Assembly: GCA_036398775.1 (NCBI GenBank)
Contig: DASWOJ010000137.1
Coordinates: 1,284-65,283, forward strand
Direction: 5' to 3'
Length of the DNA: 64,000 nucleotides
From: Acetobacteraceae bacterium
GTDB lineage: Bacteria; Pseudomonadota; Alphaproteobacteria; Acetobacterales; Acetobacteraceae
Positions 1-8,464 of the stretch are shown one piece after another. Every line of letters begins with the position of its first letter. Within the stretch, counting starts at the first letter, position 1. The position numbers and the translations under genes are program-made. Below the pieces are notes generated by a model. The model worked only from the letters and a program-made list of their open reading frames with translations, searched no databases and had not been told where the DNA came from.

Positions 1-1
1 C

Positions 2-736
2 CATATCGAGCCGGCCCTGCAAGGCGAGCTGTACGGCGGCTGGTTCACCCCCTCCGACTTCACCGGCGACATCCACAAGTTCACCGTCGGCCTGGCGGCA
101 GCCTGCGAGCGCCTGGGCGTGGTGATGCAGATGTCCACCCACGTCTCCGCCGTCCAGCCCGGCGACGACAGCGTCACCATACGCCACCATTCCACCGAAC
201 CGCAGGGTAACGGCACCCCTGCGCCGGAGCAGGAAAGCCGCTTCGACAAGGTCGTGGTATGCAGCGGCATCCTGTCCCGCGACCTCGCGCACAGCATGGG
301 CGACCGCGTGAACGTCTATCCGGTCAAGGGCTACTCGATCACCGTGAGCCTGCCGGAGCCGGCGGACCAGGCAGCGGCGCCGTGGGTGAGCCTGCTGGAC
401 GACAAGGCGAAGATCGTGACCAGCCGCCTGGGCCAGGACCGCCTGCGCGTGGCAGGCACGGCGGAGTTCAGCGGCGCCAACAAGGACATACGCGCCGAAC
501 GGATCGCGCCGCTGGTGCATTGGTGCCGCGAGCACTTCCCGGGCATGAGCACCCGGCAGGCGGTGCCGTGGGCCGGGCTGCGCCCGATGATGCCGGACAT
601 GATGCCGCGGGTAATGCAGGGGCGGAACCCGCGGGTGTTCTACAACACCGGGCACGGCCATCTCGGCTGGACGCTCTCGGCGGCGACGGCGGACGCGGTG
701 GCGGCACTGGCGACGGCGCGGGCGAACGTGGGATAG
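2..736 (+). CDS. dadA: D-amino-acid dehydrogenase, C-terminal part (5' end lies outside the window)
   Basis: Reading frame is open from the window edge (listed ORF 119..736 is its in-frame tail). FAD-oxidoreductase C-terminal motifs VYPVKGYSITV and FYNTGHGHLGWTLS are typical of the DadA family. Confidence 0.75.
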   Translation, partial: HIEPALQGELYGGWFTPSDFTGDIHKFTVGLAAACERLGVVMQMSTHVSAVQPGDDSVTIRHHSTEPQGNGTPAPEQESRFDKVVVCSGILSRDLAHSMGDRVNVYPVKGYSITVSLPEPADQAAAPWVSLLDDKAKIVTSRLGQDRLRVAGTAEFSGANKDIRAERIAPLVHWCREHFPGMSTRQAVPWAGLRPMMPDMMPRVMQGRNPRVFYNTGHGHLGWTLSAATADAVAALATARANVG

Positions 737-746
737 GGCAGGGCGG

Positions 747-1157
747 TCAGGCGCCCCAGGGATTGAGGACCGGGACGCCGGACGGCTTGAAACCGGCGAC
801 GTTGCGGGTCACGACGGTCATGCCGTGGACCAGGGCGGCCGCGGCAACTAAGGCGTCCCGCTCAGGTTGAGGGTCGGGGACGTGCAGCCGGGCGCACTGC
901 TTGGCGACTGCAAGTGTCACCGGCAACAAGCGGTCAGCGAAGGCTTGCAACACCCGGGTTTCCAGCCATGCACGCAGGATTGCTGCCTGTTGCGGGTCGT
1001 GCCGGTTCATTGAAAGCGTGCCCATCTCAAGCTCCATGATGGTGATCACGGACAAATACAAAGTTGCCTTCGGGGCGGCAGACATCCACGCGACCACGTT
1101 CTGGTTTACCCGGCCTGCCTTGGCCTTGCGGGTTTCTAAAACGACGTTGGTGTCCAA
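747..1157 (-). CDS. vapC: PIN-domain type II toxin (VapC/FitB-like)
   Basis: 136-aa ORF with the N-terminal (L)LDTNVV acidic motif and TVVTRNVAGF near the C-terminus. It lies 8 nt downstream of a small antitoxin ORF. The listed start is TTG; an upstream non-ATG start up to about 1169 is possible. Confidence 0.8.
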   Translation of the reverse strand: MDTNVVLETRKAKAGRVNQNVVAWMSAAPKATLYLSVITIMELEMGTLSMNRHDPQQAAILRAWLETRVLQAFADRLLPVTLAVAKQCARLHVPDPQPERDALVAAAALVHGMTVVTRNVAGFKPSGVPVLNPWGA

Positions 1158-1165
1158 CAGGTAGA

Positions 1166-1420
1166 TCAGGAAAAGTCGGCCGGCTTAAGGACAAGGTTCA
1201 TGCGTGGCGGGTCGAATTCGATGTCCCCGGCACCTGGATAGGAAAGCAGGTCAACGATGCTCTCCTGTCCGCCTGCCAGCTTGTGATATTCTTCGATGGT
1301 AAGCAGCACATACGCCGGGCGTCCCCGGTCGGTGATGAAAACCGGACCATCCGCTGCCGCCTTCTTTGCGCGGCTGGTATCCTGGTTGAACTCACGGCTT
1401 GATAGCGTGGTGACGGGCAT
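1166..1420 (-). CDS. vapB: Phd/YefM-type antitoxin partner of the PIN toxin
   Basis: 84-aa ORF with the pattern SSREFNQD...PVFITDRGRPAYVLLTIEEY, typical of Phd/YefM antitoxins. It sits immediately upstream of the PIN gene on the same strand. Confidence 0.75.
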   Translation of the reverse strand: MPVTTLSSREFNQDTSRAKKAAADGPVFITDRGRPAYVLLTIEEYHKLAGGQESIVDLLSYPGAGDIEFDPPRMNLVLKPADFS

Positions 1421-1435
1421 AAACGGCTTCTCTGC

Positions 1436-1457
1436 TATGTATCTAGGCCGCTACATA
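1436..1457. promoter_or_regulatory. Candidate operator upstream of vapB: TATGTA-N10-TACATA inverted repeat
   Basis: A 6-bp perfect inverted repeat lies 16-37 nt upstream of the vapB ATG, in a locally AT-richer stretch. Type II TA operons are usually autoregulated at such palindromes. Confidence 0.25.
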
Positions 1458-1598
1458 CTTGGCGTGATCGCAAGGGCGGAAAAGGCTGCTGTTCAGGGTT
1501 CTACGCCGCCCGCCCGGGAAACCAGCCATCTCCCCGCATCCCGACGGTCCCCACACCGCCCCTGGCCCCCACAACGCCAATCGCCTACTCCTCCACCC

Positions 1599-2741
1599 AT
1601 GGACCTCGCCACCCTCCCGCCATCCCGCATCGTCGCCATCGCCCGCGCCGCCCGCGCCCGTCCGGACACCGAGTTCCTGTGCTTCGGCGAAAGCGACCAC
1701 CCCGCCCCCGCCGGCGCCGCCCCGGCGCTGCAAGCCGCCCTGGCCCGCGGCGACGCGCTTTACCCCGACGTGCGCGGCGTCCCCGCCCTGCGCCAGGCCC
1801 TTGCCGACCATCTGACCCACCTGCACGCCCTGCCGATCACCGAGGACCGCATCCAGGTCACCGCCTCCGGCATGACGGCGGTCAACGTCGCCCTGACCAG
1901 CATCGTCTGCGCCGGGGACCGCGTGGTGCTGCACACCCCGGCTTGGCCCAACCCGGCCAATGCCGCCCGCCTGCGCGGCGCCGAGCTTGACGTGCTGCCG
2001 CTGGACCCGCGCCCGGATGGCGGCTTCCACCTCGACCTGGACCGCCTCGCCGCCAAGCTGCCCGGCGCGCGGGCGTTCATCCTCAACTCCCCCAACAACC
2101 CCACCGGCTGGACCGCCACGCTGCCCGAGCTGCAGGCCATCCTGGACCTGTGCCGCCGCCACGGCGTTTGGCTGGTGTCGGACGAGGTGTATGCCCGCCT
2201 GGTCTATGACGGCGCCCCGGCTGCGCCCTCCCTGCTGGACCTGGCCGGACCCGATGACCGGGTGATGGTCTGCAACAGCTTCAGCAAGACCTGGGCGATG
2301 ACCGGCTGGCGCCTCGGCTGGATGGTGCTGCCTGCCGGCGCGCGCGACCAAGTGGCGGAGGTGGTGGAGGTCACCCAGTCCGGCACCGCCCCTTTCGCCC
2401 AGGCTGGCGCCCTGGCCGCGCTGGCGGACGTGGACTTCGTCGGCCGCTTCCGCGCCCACTGCGCCGCTGGGCGGCAGATGGCGCTGGACGGCCTGGCCGG
2501 GCTGAACGGTATCCGCCTGGCGGCTCCGGATGGCGCGTTCTACGCCTTCATCGGCGTGGACGGCGAGGCCGACAGCCTGGCCCTGGCGCTGCGCCTGGTG
2601 CGGGACCACGGCGTGGCGCTGGCGCCCGGCAGCGCCTTTGGCGAGGGCGGGGAAGGGCACCTGCGCCTGTGCTTCGCGCAAAGCCAGCCCCGGATGGAGC
2701 GTGCGATGACCCGGCTGCGCGCCGGCCTGCAGGCACGGTGA
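1599..2741 (+). CDS. PLP-dependent class I/II aminotransferase (aspartate/aromatic type)
   Basis: Trimmed from ORF 1296..2741 to the first ATG (MDLATLPPSRIV...). Carries the PLP-lysine motif NSFSKTWAMTGWRLGW and strong GC3 bias. Confidence 0.85.
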   Translation: MDLATLPPSRIVAIARAARARPDTEFLCFGESDHPAPAGAAPALQAALARGDALYPDVRGVPALRQALADHLTHLHALPITEDRIQVTASGMTAVNVALTSIVCAGDRVVLHTPAWPNPANAARLRGAELDVLPLDPRPDGGFHLDLDRLAAKLPGARAFILNSPNNPTGWTATLPELQAILDLCRRHGVWLVSDEVYARLVYDGAPAAPSLLDLAGPDDRVMVCNSFSKTWAMTGWRLGWMVLPAGARDQVAEVVEVTQSGTAPFAQAGALAALADVDFVGRFRAHCAAGRQMALDGLAGLNGIRLAAPDGAFYAFIGVDGEADSLALALRLVRDHGVALAPGSAFGEGGEGHLRLCFAQSQPRMERAMTRLRAGLQAR

Positions 2742-3415
2742 GCCAGCTTCCCGCCTGCGCCGTCTGCGGCAGCGCCGCCCGGCCGCCGTTCCGCCCGCCG
2801 CCGGCGGAACTCGCCCCCGACCTGGACGGGCGTCCCGGCGAACCCACGCGATCCACCCTGCCGCAGTGGATCGCCACCTGCCGCCGTTGCAGCGCATCTG
2901 GCCCGGACCTGTCCCATCTGCCGGACGGCGCCGGTGACGTGGTGCGGTCGGAGGCTTACCGGGCGCTGCGGACTTCCGGCCCGCAAATGCCTGCCCTGCG
3001 GTGGGCCTGCATCTGCGAGGCATTGGGATCGCGTGCCGAAGCCGCCGAGGCAGCCCTGCAAGCCGCCTGGGCGCTGGACGATGCCGGACAGGATGCGTCG
3101 GACCTGCGCCACCGCGCCATCTCGCTGTGGGGGGAGCCGGCCAGCACCGAGGACGCCTTGCGCCTGCTGGACATGCAGCGCCGCGCTGGGGACCTCGCCG
3201 CCGCCAGCGCCCGTGCCGACGCGCTGGACGGCGCGGCGGGGGACGAGAACACCGCCGCCATACTCGCCTTCCAGCGTGCCCGCATCGCGGAAGGCGACAC
3301 CGGCCGCCACATGATCAGCAGCGCCCTGCGCCCCCCGGCCCGGCGCCCGCACGTCACTCACGGAACCCAGGCTGCGGCCAGCGGAGGGTTCTGGCGCCGG
3401 CTGTTCGGCGGATGA
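2738..3415 (+). CDS. Hypothetical protein with an N-terminal 2x CxxC zinc-ribbon and an Ala/Leu-rich helical C-terminus
   Basis: The GTG start overlaps the aminotransferase stop (GTGA) and the stop overlaps the cobT start (ATGA). Contains CAVCGS...CRRCSAS. Strong GC3 bias supports coding. Confidence 0.6.
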   Translation: MSQLPACAVCGSAARPPFRPPPAELAPDLDGRPGEPTRSTLPQWIATCRRCSASGPDLSHLPDGAGDVVRSEAYRALRTSGPQMPALRWACICEALGSRAEAAEAALQAAWALDDAGQDASDLRHRAISLWGEPASTEDALRLLDMQRRAGDLAAASARADALDGAAGDENTAAILAFQRARIAEGDTGRHMISSALRPPARRPHVTHGTQAAASGGFWRRLFGG

Positions 3416-4449
3416 GCCTGCGCGAAGGCTTGCAGGCGAGCCTGCGCGAAGGCGTGCAGGCGACGCTGCGCGGAAGCTTGCAGGCGGCGCTGGACGGCAA
3501 GGCGAAGCCGCTGGGATCGCTGGGCCGCATCGAGTCGCTTGCGATCCAGCTCGGCCTGATCCAGGGCACGCAGAGCCCTGCCGTCGAACCGGTCGTGCTG
3601 GTTTTCGCTGGCGACCACGGCGCCGCGCCGGGCGTCTCCGCCTATCCCTCCAGCGTGACGGCTGCGATGGTCGGCGCCTACCTTTCAGGGCGCGCCGCGG
3701 TCAACCTGTTCGCCGCCCAGGCCGGGGCGCGGCTGCTGGTGGTGGATGCAGGGGTCGCGGCCGACCTCCCGCCGCATCCCGCCCTCATCAGCGCCAAGGT
3801 CCGCCCCGGCGCCCGCGACTGGTGCGCCGGCCCGGCTATGACCGCCGCGGAGTTGGACCAGGCGCTAGGTGCCGCATCGGCCCTGGTGGACCGGCTGGCG
3901 GATGAGGGCTGCACGGTCCTGGCGCTCGGCGAGATGGGCATCGGCAACACCGCCAGCGCCGCGCTGTTGGCGCACAAGGCAGCCGGGCTGGACCTGGACG
4001 GCCTGACCGGCCGCGGCGCCGGGCTGGACGATGCCGGGCTGGGGCGCAAACGGGCGGCGATGGCTGCTGGCGCCGCGCGCACTGCCCCCCGCCTGCCGCC
4101 CCGCGACGCCCTGATCGAATATGGCGGCTACGAGATCGCCATGCTGGCCGGCGCCATCCTGCGCGCGTCGGAGCGCCGGGTGTGCGTGCTGGTGGACGGC
4201 GTGATCGTGACCGCCGCCGCCGTGCTGGCCCACGCCCTGCGGCCGGACTGCCTGCAAGCCTGCGTGTTCGCGCACCGCTCGGCGGAGCGGGGCCATGACC
4301 TCATGCTGGCCCACCTCGGCGCGACGCCGTTGCTGGACCTCGGGATGCGCCTCGGCGAGGGAACCGGGGCGGCGCTGGCGATCCCGCTGCTGCGCGCCGC
4401 CGCGGCGGTGCTGTCCGGCATGGTGGATTTGCGGGACCTGCTTGCTTAG
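3412..4449 (+). CDS. cobT: Nicotinate-nucleotide--dimethylbenzimidazole phosphoribosyltransferase
   Basis: Trimmed from ORF 3001..4449 to the ATG at 3412. Motifs KPLGSLGRIESLAIQL and LGEMGIGNTASAALL are CobT hallmarks. Confidence 0.9.
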   Translation: MSLREGLQASLREGVQATLRGSLQAALDGKAKPLGSLGRIESLAIQLGLIQGTQSPAVEPVVLVFAGDHGAAPGVSAYPSSVTAAMVGAYLSGRAAVNLFAAQAGARLLVVDAGVAADLPPHPALISAKVRPGARDWCAGPAMTAAELDQALGAASALVDRLADEGCTVLALGEMGIGNTASAALLAHKAAGLDLDGLTGRGAGLDDAGLGRKRAAMAAGAARTAPRLPPRDALIEYGGYEIAMLAGAILRASERRVCVLVDGVIVTAAAVLAHALRPDCLQACVFAHRSAERGHDLMLAHLGATPLLDLGMRLGEGTGAALAIPLLRAAAAVLSGMVDLRDLLA

Positions 4450-5182
4450 GGACCAGCTTCGGTTGGCGCTGGTGGCGGTGGGATACATGACCCGGCTGCC
4501 GCTGCCGGGCTGGGTCGGGCACGGGTCTTGGGGGCTGGACCGGGCGGCACGCTACTTTCCCTTAACCGGGCTGCTGGTGGGCGGCACCGGCGCCCTGGTG
4601 CTCGCCGTTGCGCGGGCGGGGCTGCCCCCACTGGCTGCGGCTGGGCTGGCGCTGGCGGCGATGGCGGCGCTGACCGGCGCGCTGCACGAGGACGGGCTGG
4701 CCGACACCCTGGACGGCCTGGGCGGTGGCTGGACCCGTGACGACGCCCTGCGGATCATGAAGGACAGCCGCATCGGCGCCTATGGCGCGGCGGGGCTGGT
4801 CCTGCTGCTCGGTATCAAGGCGGCGGTCCTGGCCGAACTGCCGCTCTCGGCGCTGCTGGCCTCCGCCCCGGCCAGCCGTCTGGCGCCGGTCTGCGTCATG
4901 GCGCTGCTGCCCTATGCGCGGGTGGGCGATGCGGCGGCCCGGGCCGCTCCCGTCGCCGCCGGTTCCGGCGGATTGGCGGTCGCGGCGCTATTCGGCCTGG
5001 CGCCGCTGACGCTGCTGGGCTGGCGCGCGCTGCCCGCGTTGGTCGTCGCCGCCGTCCTGACGGGCCTGCTGGCAGCTTGGTTCCGCCGCCGCCTCGGCGG
5101 CTGGACCGGCGACACCCTGGGCGCCGTGCAGCAAGCCGCGGAACTTGCCATCCTGCTGGCGGCGGCATGGCGCGCGGCCTGA
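4442..5182 (+). CDS. cobS: Adenosylcobinamide-GDP ribazoletransferase (cobalamin synthase)
   Basis: Trimmed from ORF 4295..5182 to the TTG at 4442, which overlaps the cobT stop. A multi-TM protein with YMTRLPLP and LHEDGLADTLDGLGGG motifs. Start is uncertain. Confidence 0.8.
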   Translation: MLRDQLRLALVAVGYMTRLPLPGWVGHGSWGLDRAARYFPLTGLLVGGTGALVLAVARAGLPPLAAAGLALAAMAALTGALHEDGLADTLDGLGGGWTRDDALRIMKDSRIGAYGAAGLVLLLGIKAAVLAELPLSALLASAPASRLAPVCVMALLPYARVGDAAARAAPVAAGSGGLAVAALFGLAPLTLLGWRALPALVVAAVLTGLLAAWFRRRLGGWTGDTLGAVQQAAELAILLAAAWRAA

Positions 5183-5709
5183 TCTTCCTGGCCCGGCACC
5201 CGCGTCCCCGCGTCGGCGCCCGCATTTGCTACGGCCGCACCGACGTGCCCCTGGCCGAGCCGCCAGAAGCCGGTGCTGAAGCCCTGCTGCTTGCCGTAGG
5301 CCCCGACCCGGTCGAGCGCATCGTCACCAGTCCCCAGCAGCGCGCCGCCCTGGTGGCCCGCGCCGTCGCCGCACGCACCGGCGCCCCCCTGCACACCGAT
5401 GACCGCCTGGCCGAGATGGACTTCTCCGCCTGGGAGAACCGCCTCTGGAACAGCATCCCGCGCGTCGAGGTGGATGCCTGGGCCGCCGACCCCCTGCGCT
5501 ATCGCCCCGGCGGCGGCGAAAGCGTCAACGACGTGCTGCTGCGCGTCCGCCGCGCCTGGACCGGCATCGCCAGCAGCGCCGACAACACGCTGGTCGTCAC
5601 CCATGCTGGCCCGATCCGCTGCCTGCTGCACATCGCCCAGGGCGTGCCGATCCTGGAGGCGATCCAGGCCGGGATCGCCTACGGGTCGGTAACGCGGCTG
5701 GGCGGCTGA
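5167..5709 (+). CDS. cobC: Histidine phosphatase family protein, probable alpha-ribazole phosphatase
   Basis: Trimmed to the ATG at 5167 (16-nt overlap with cobS). Carries the RH catalytic motif (FLARHPRP), YGRTDVPL and VVTHAGPIRCLL. Operon context is cobT/cobS. Confidence 0.65.
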   Translation: MARGLIFLARHPRPRVGARICYGRTDVPLAEPPEAGAEALLLAVGPDPVERIVTSPQQRAALVARAVAARTGAPLHTDDRLAEMDFSAWENRLWNSIPRVEVDAWAADPLRYRPGGGESVNDVLLRVRRAWTGIASSADNTLVVTHAGPIRCLLHIAQGVPILEAIQAGIAYGSVTRLGG

Positions 5710-5774
5710 CGGACGGGCAGGCACACAAGGGTTGTTGCTTTGCTGGCAACGCCGCCAGCGCCCAGGGTGCCGCA

Positions 5775-6239
5775 ATGCGTCTCTTTCTCGCCCCGCTCCT
5801 GTTTGCCCCCGCCAACTACGGCCAGACCCTCCAACCCCCCGTCTCCCCGGCCTGCATCTCCTCCCCGTTCGGGATGCGCCACGCCGTCGGCCCTCATGCC
5901 CCGGCGGCGTTCCACAACGGCGTTGACCTGCCGGCGCCGGCAGGGGCGCTGGTCCATGCGGCGGCGGACGGCACCGTGCTGGCGATCAAGCGGCAAGGGC
6001 TGGGCGGCGTCACCGTCCACCTCGGACACCCCGACGGCCTGACCACGCTCTATGCCCACCTGGGCAACCTGGTCCCCGCCATCGCCGAGGGCCGCCGCAC
6101 CGTCCATACCGGGGAGCCGCTGGGCCATGTCGCCCGCACCGGTGTCACCTACGGCACCCATGTTTTCTTCGCGGTCCTGCGGGGCACCGAGGCCCTGGAC
6201 CCCGAACCCATGCTGGCGGTCCCGCGGTGCAGCCGGTGA
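5775..6239 (+). CDS. Small M23 (LytM-type) peptidase-domain protein, possibly catalytically degenerate
   Basis: HNGVDLPAP (HxxxD) and TLYAHLG are present, but the HxH position reads GTHVFFA, so the second His is replaced by Phe. Confidence 0.7.
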   Translation: MRLFLAPLLFAPANYGQTLQPPVSPACISSPFGMRHAVGPHAPAAFHNGVDLPAPAGALVHAAADGTVLAIKRQGLGGVTVHLGHPDGLTTLYAHLGNLVPAIAEGRRTVHTGEPLGHVARTGVTYGTHVFFAVLRGTEALDPEPMLAVPRCSR

Positions 6240-7219
6240 CGGCGCCTAGCGACCACTTCGACGGCACTCACTTCCACAATCCCGGTGGCGGCCAAGCGGC
6301 CAGGCTGGGTGCCGTGCTGCGCTGGTCGCTGACCCGGCATCGCACGCCCTGGCCGCGCTGGATACAGGACCCGGCCTGGCCTCCGCCGGCGCCGGCCGTT
6401 ACGCCGGGCCATGCCGCGCTGACCTTCATCGGCCACAGCAGCTTCCTGATCCGCCTGGCGCTGCCGGGCGGCGGGGTATTCAGCCTGCTGACCGACCCGG
6501 TGTTCAGCGACCGCTGCTCGCCCTCGCAACTGGTGGGTCCACGGCGGGCGCGGGCGCCAGGCGTGGCGCTGCCGGCGCTGCCGCAGGTGGACGCCGTGCT
6601 GGTATCGCACAACCACTACGATCACATGGACCTGGACAGCCTGCGCGCCCTGCACCACCGGTTCCAGGCGCCCGTCATTACCACGCTGGGCAACGCCGCA
6701 CCGCTGGCCCGCGCCGGCGTGCCAGGCGCGGCCGAGTTGGACTGGTGGCAAACGACGCATGCCGGCCCTGCGGAGATCACCGCGACCCCGGCCCGTCACT
6801 TCTCCGCCCGCGGCCTGCGGGACCGCAACCGGACCCTGTGGGCAGGCTTCATGGTGCGGATCGGCGATGCGCAGCTCTTCTTTGCCGGGGACAGCGGCGC
6901 CGGGCCGCACTGGGCGGCGATCCGGGAGCAGCTCGGCCCACCCGGCATCGCCCTGCTGCCAATCGGCGCCTACGATCCGCGCAGCATCATGCGTGCCGTC
7001 CACATGAACCCGGCCGAAGCGGTGCAGGCCCGCGCCAACCTGGGCGCGGCGCGGGCCATCGGAATGCACTTCGGCACCTTCCAGCTCACGGACGAAGGGA
7101 TCGAGGCCCCAGTTTGGGAGCTTGCCGCCGCCCGCTCCGGCGCCGGGCTGCTATCCGATGCTTTCGATGTCCTGGGCTGCGGTGAGACGCGGGAACTGCC
7201 GTTGGGCGCCGGGCGGTAG
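6227..7219 (+). CDS. MBL-fold metallo-hydrolase
   Basis: Carries the VLVSHNHYDHMD metal-binding motif and the beta-lactamase-fold pattern. The GTG start is at 6227 or 6236 (the latter overlaps the M23 stop). Confidence 0.8.
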   Translation: MQPVTAPSDHFDGTHFHNPGGGQAARLGAVLRWSLTRHRTPWPRWIQDPAWPPPAPAVTPGHAALTFIGHSSFLIRLALPGGGVFSLLTDPVFSDRCSPSQLVGPRRARAPGVALPALPQVDAVLVSHNHYDHMDLDSLRALHHRFQAPVITTLGNAAPLARAGVPGAAELDWWQTTHAGPAEITATPARHFSARGLRDRNRTLWAGFMVRIGDAQLFFAGDSGAGPHWAAIREQLGPPGIALLPIGAYDPRSIMRAVHMNPAEAVQARANLGAARAIGMHFGTFQLTDEGIEAPVWELAAARSGAGLLSDAFDVLGCGETRELPLGAGR

Positions 7220-8464
7220 CAGCGTCCCATGCTCGTCCGGCTCCACCCAGGCGATCTTGCCCGGGGTGCCGCAGGCGTCGCACACCGGATGCCAATCGCC
7301 GTGCACCGTGCCGCAGGTGCCGCAACGCCATACTGGGTCCGGCCCGGCCGATGCGGCATGGCGCAGCGCGTCCTGGCTGGCGGCCATGTCGTGCTCACGC
7401 TCCGCCACATCCGCCGCCAGCATCCATAGCCGGCGCTGGTTGAATCCCGCTGCACGCGCGGCCTCGATATACTTGCGCGCTTCGGCCGTCTGTCCCGCGT
7501 CCAACGCGGCCTGAGCCTGCATCAGCCGGCTTTCAGGATGCGCCGGGTTGGCATTGGCCAGGCGCGACGCGGCCTGCAGCCGGTCGCGGGTTTCCGTGTG
7601 ATGCCGAAGGTACTCGGCCGCGATGGACGGATGCGGCTGCGCGGACCAGGCTTGGCTGATGACGTCGTCAGCCCGGCGGGACTTGCCCATCTCCCGCAGC
7701 CGCGCCGCATAGGCGACGACGGCAGGAGCCAGGGTGGGATCGGCATCATAGGCCTGCTTGGCCAACCGCACCCCGGCCTCGGCGTTTGGCGCGGCGTCGG
7801 CGGCGGCGATGGCCAGGGCGGCGCGGCTCTCCGGCCCGGACAAGCGCAGCGCGTCCTCCCACTTGCCCGTCCGCAACGCCAGGGAACGCCGTTCATCCTT
7901 GAGCCATTGCGCGCCGGGATACGCAGCCTCGGCCCGGCGGGCCAAGCTGTCGGCCTCGTCCCAGTTCTCGTCCGCAATGGCCTGGCGCAGCAGGCCGCGC
8001 AGGCCGAGGAACGGCGCATCCCGGCGGTCGGCCAGCAGCCGGTATGCGGCGGCAGCCTCGTCGTCATGCCCGGACTGCCGCCCCGCCTGGGCGGCGAGGA
8101 GCAGGGTCAGCGGGGTGTCGCCCATCAGGCGCCGGGTGCGGTCGGCCTCGCGCCGGGCAGCCTCGCCATCATTGGCGGCCAACGCCACCAGCGTGCGCGT
8201 CACCGCCTGATCGCCGCTGACGCGGGCCGAACGCTCGTTGCGCCGACGCATCCGCCGCGGCAGCGAGAACAGCCCGGCCAGCAGCCGGATCACGAAATAG
8301 AACACGGCGAACGTCACGACGAGCAGCGCCAGCACGGCCGGCGTCCCCGTCTGGAACTGCGTCCCGGCGACGTCGGCGGTCCAGGTGCCCGGCAGGATCG
8401 AAACGCCCCACGCCAGGGCGATGACGACCGCCGCAACGATCAGGAAGGTGATGACGCGGCGCAT
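7151..8464 (-). CDS. HemY-like (HemY_N domain plus TPR) membrane protein with a C-terminal CxxC..CxxC
   Basis: Two N-terminal TM segments are followed by TPR-like repeats. The C-terminus reads VWRCGTCG...HPVCDACG. It is the last gene of the hemC-hemD-mic60-like-hemY string. Confidence 0.8.
   Translation of the reverse strand: MRRVITFLIVAAVVIALAWGVSILPGTWTADVAGTQFQTGTPAVLALLVVTFAVFYFVIRLLAGLFSLPRRMRRRNERSARVSGDQAVTRTLVALAANDGEAARREADRTRRLMGDTPLTLLLAAQAGRQSGHDDEAAAAYRLLADRRDAPFLGLRGLLRQAIADENWDEADSLARRAEAAYPGAQWLKDERRSLALRTGKWEDALRLSGPESRAALAIAAADAAPNAEAGVRLAKQAYDADPTLAPAVVAYAARLREMGKSRRADDVISQAWSAQPHPSIAAEYLRHHTETRDRLQAASRLANANPAHPESRLMQAQAALDAGQTAEARKYIEAARAAGFNQRRLWMLAADVAEREHDMAASQDALRHAASAGPDPVWRCGTCGTVHGDWHPVCDACGTPGKIAWVEPDEHGTLLPPGAQRQFPRLTAAQDIESIG

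Noticed and set aside
1421-1598. Cobalamin riboswitch upstream of the aminotransferase-cobT-cobS-cobC string (5710-5774 also checked)
   Set aside because: I could not find the B12-box or the GCCACTG / GGGAA..GGTG core elements by eye. The spacer also serves as the vapB promoter region. A cmscan would be needed to exclude it formally.
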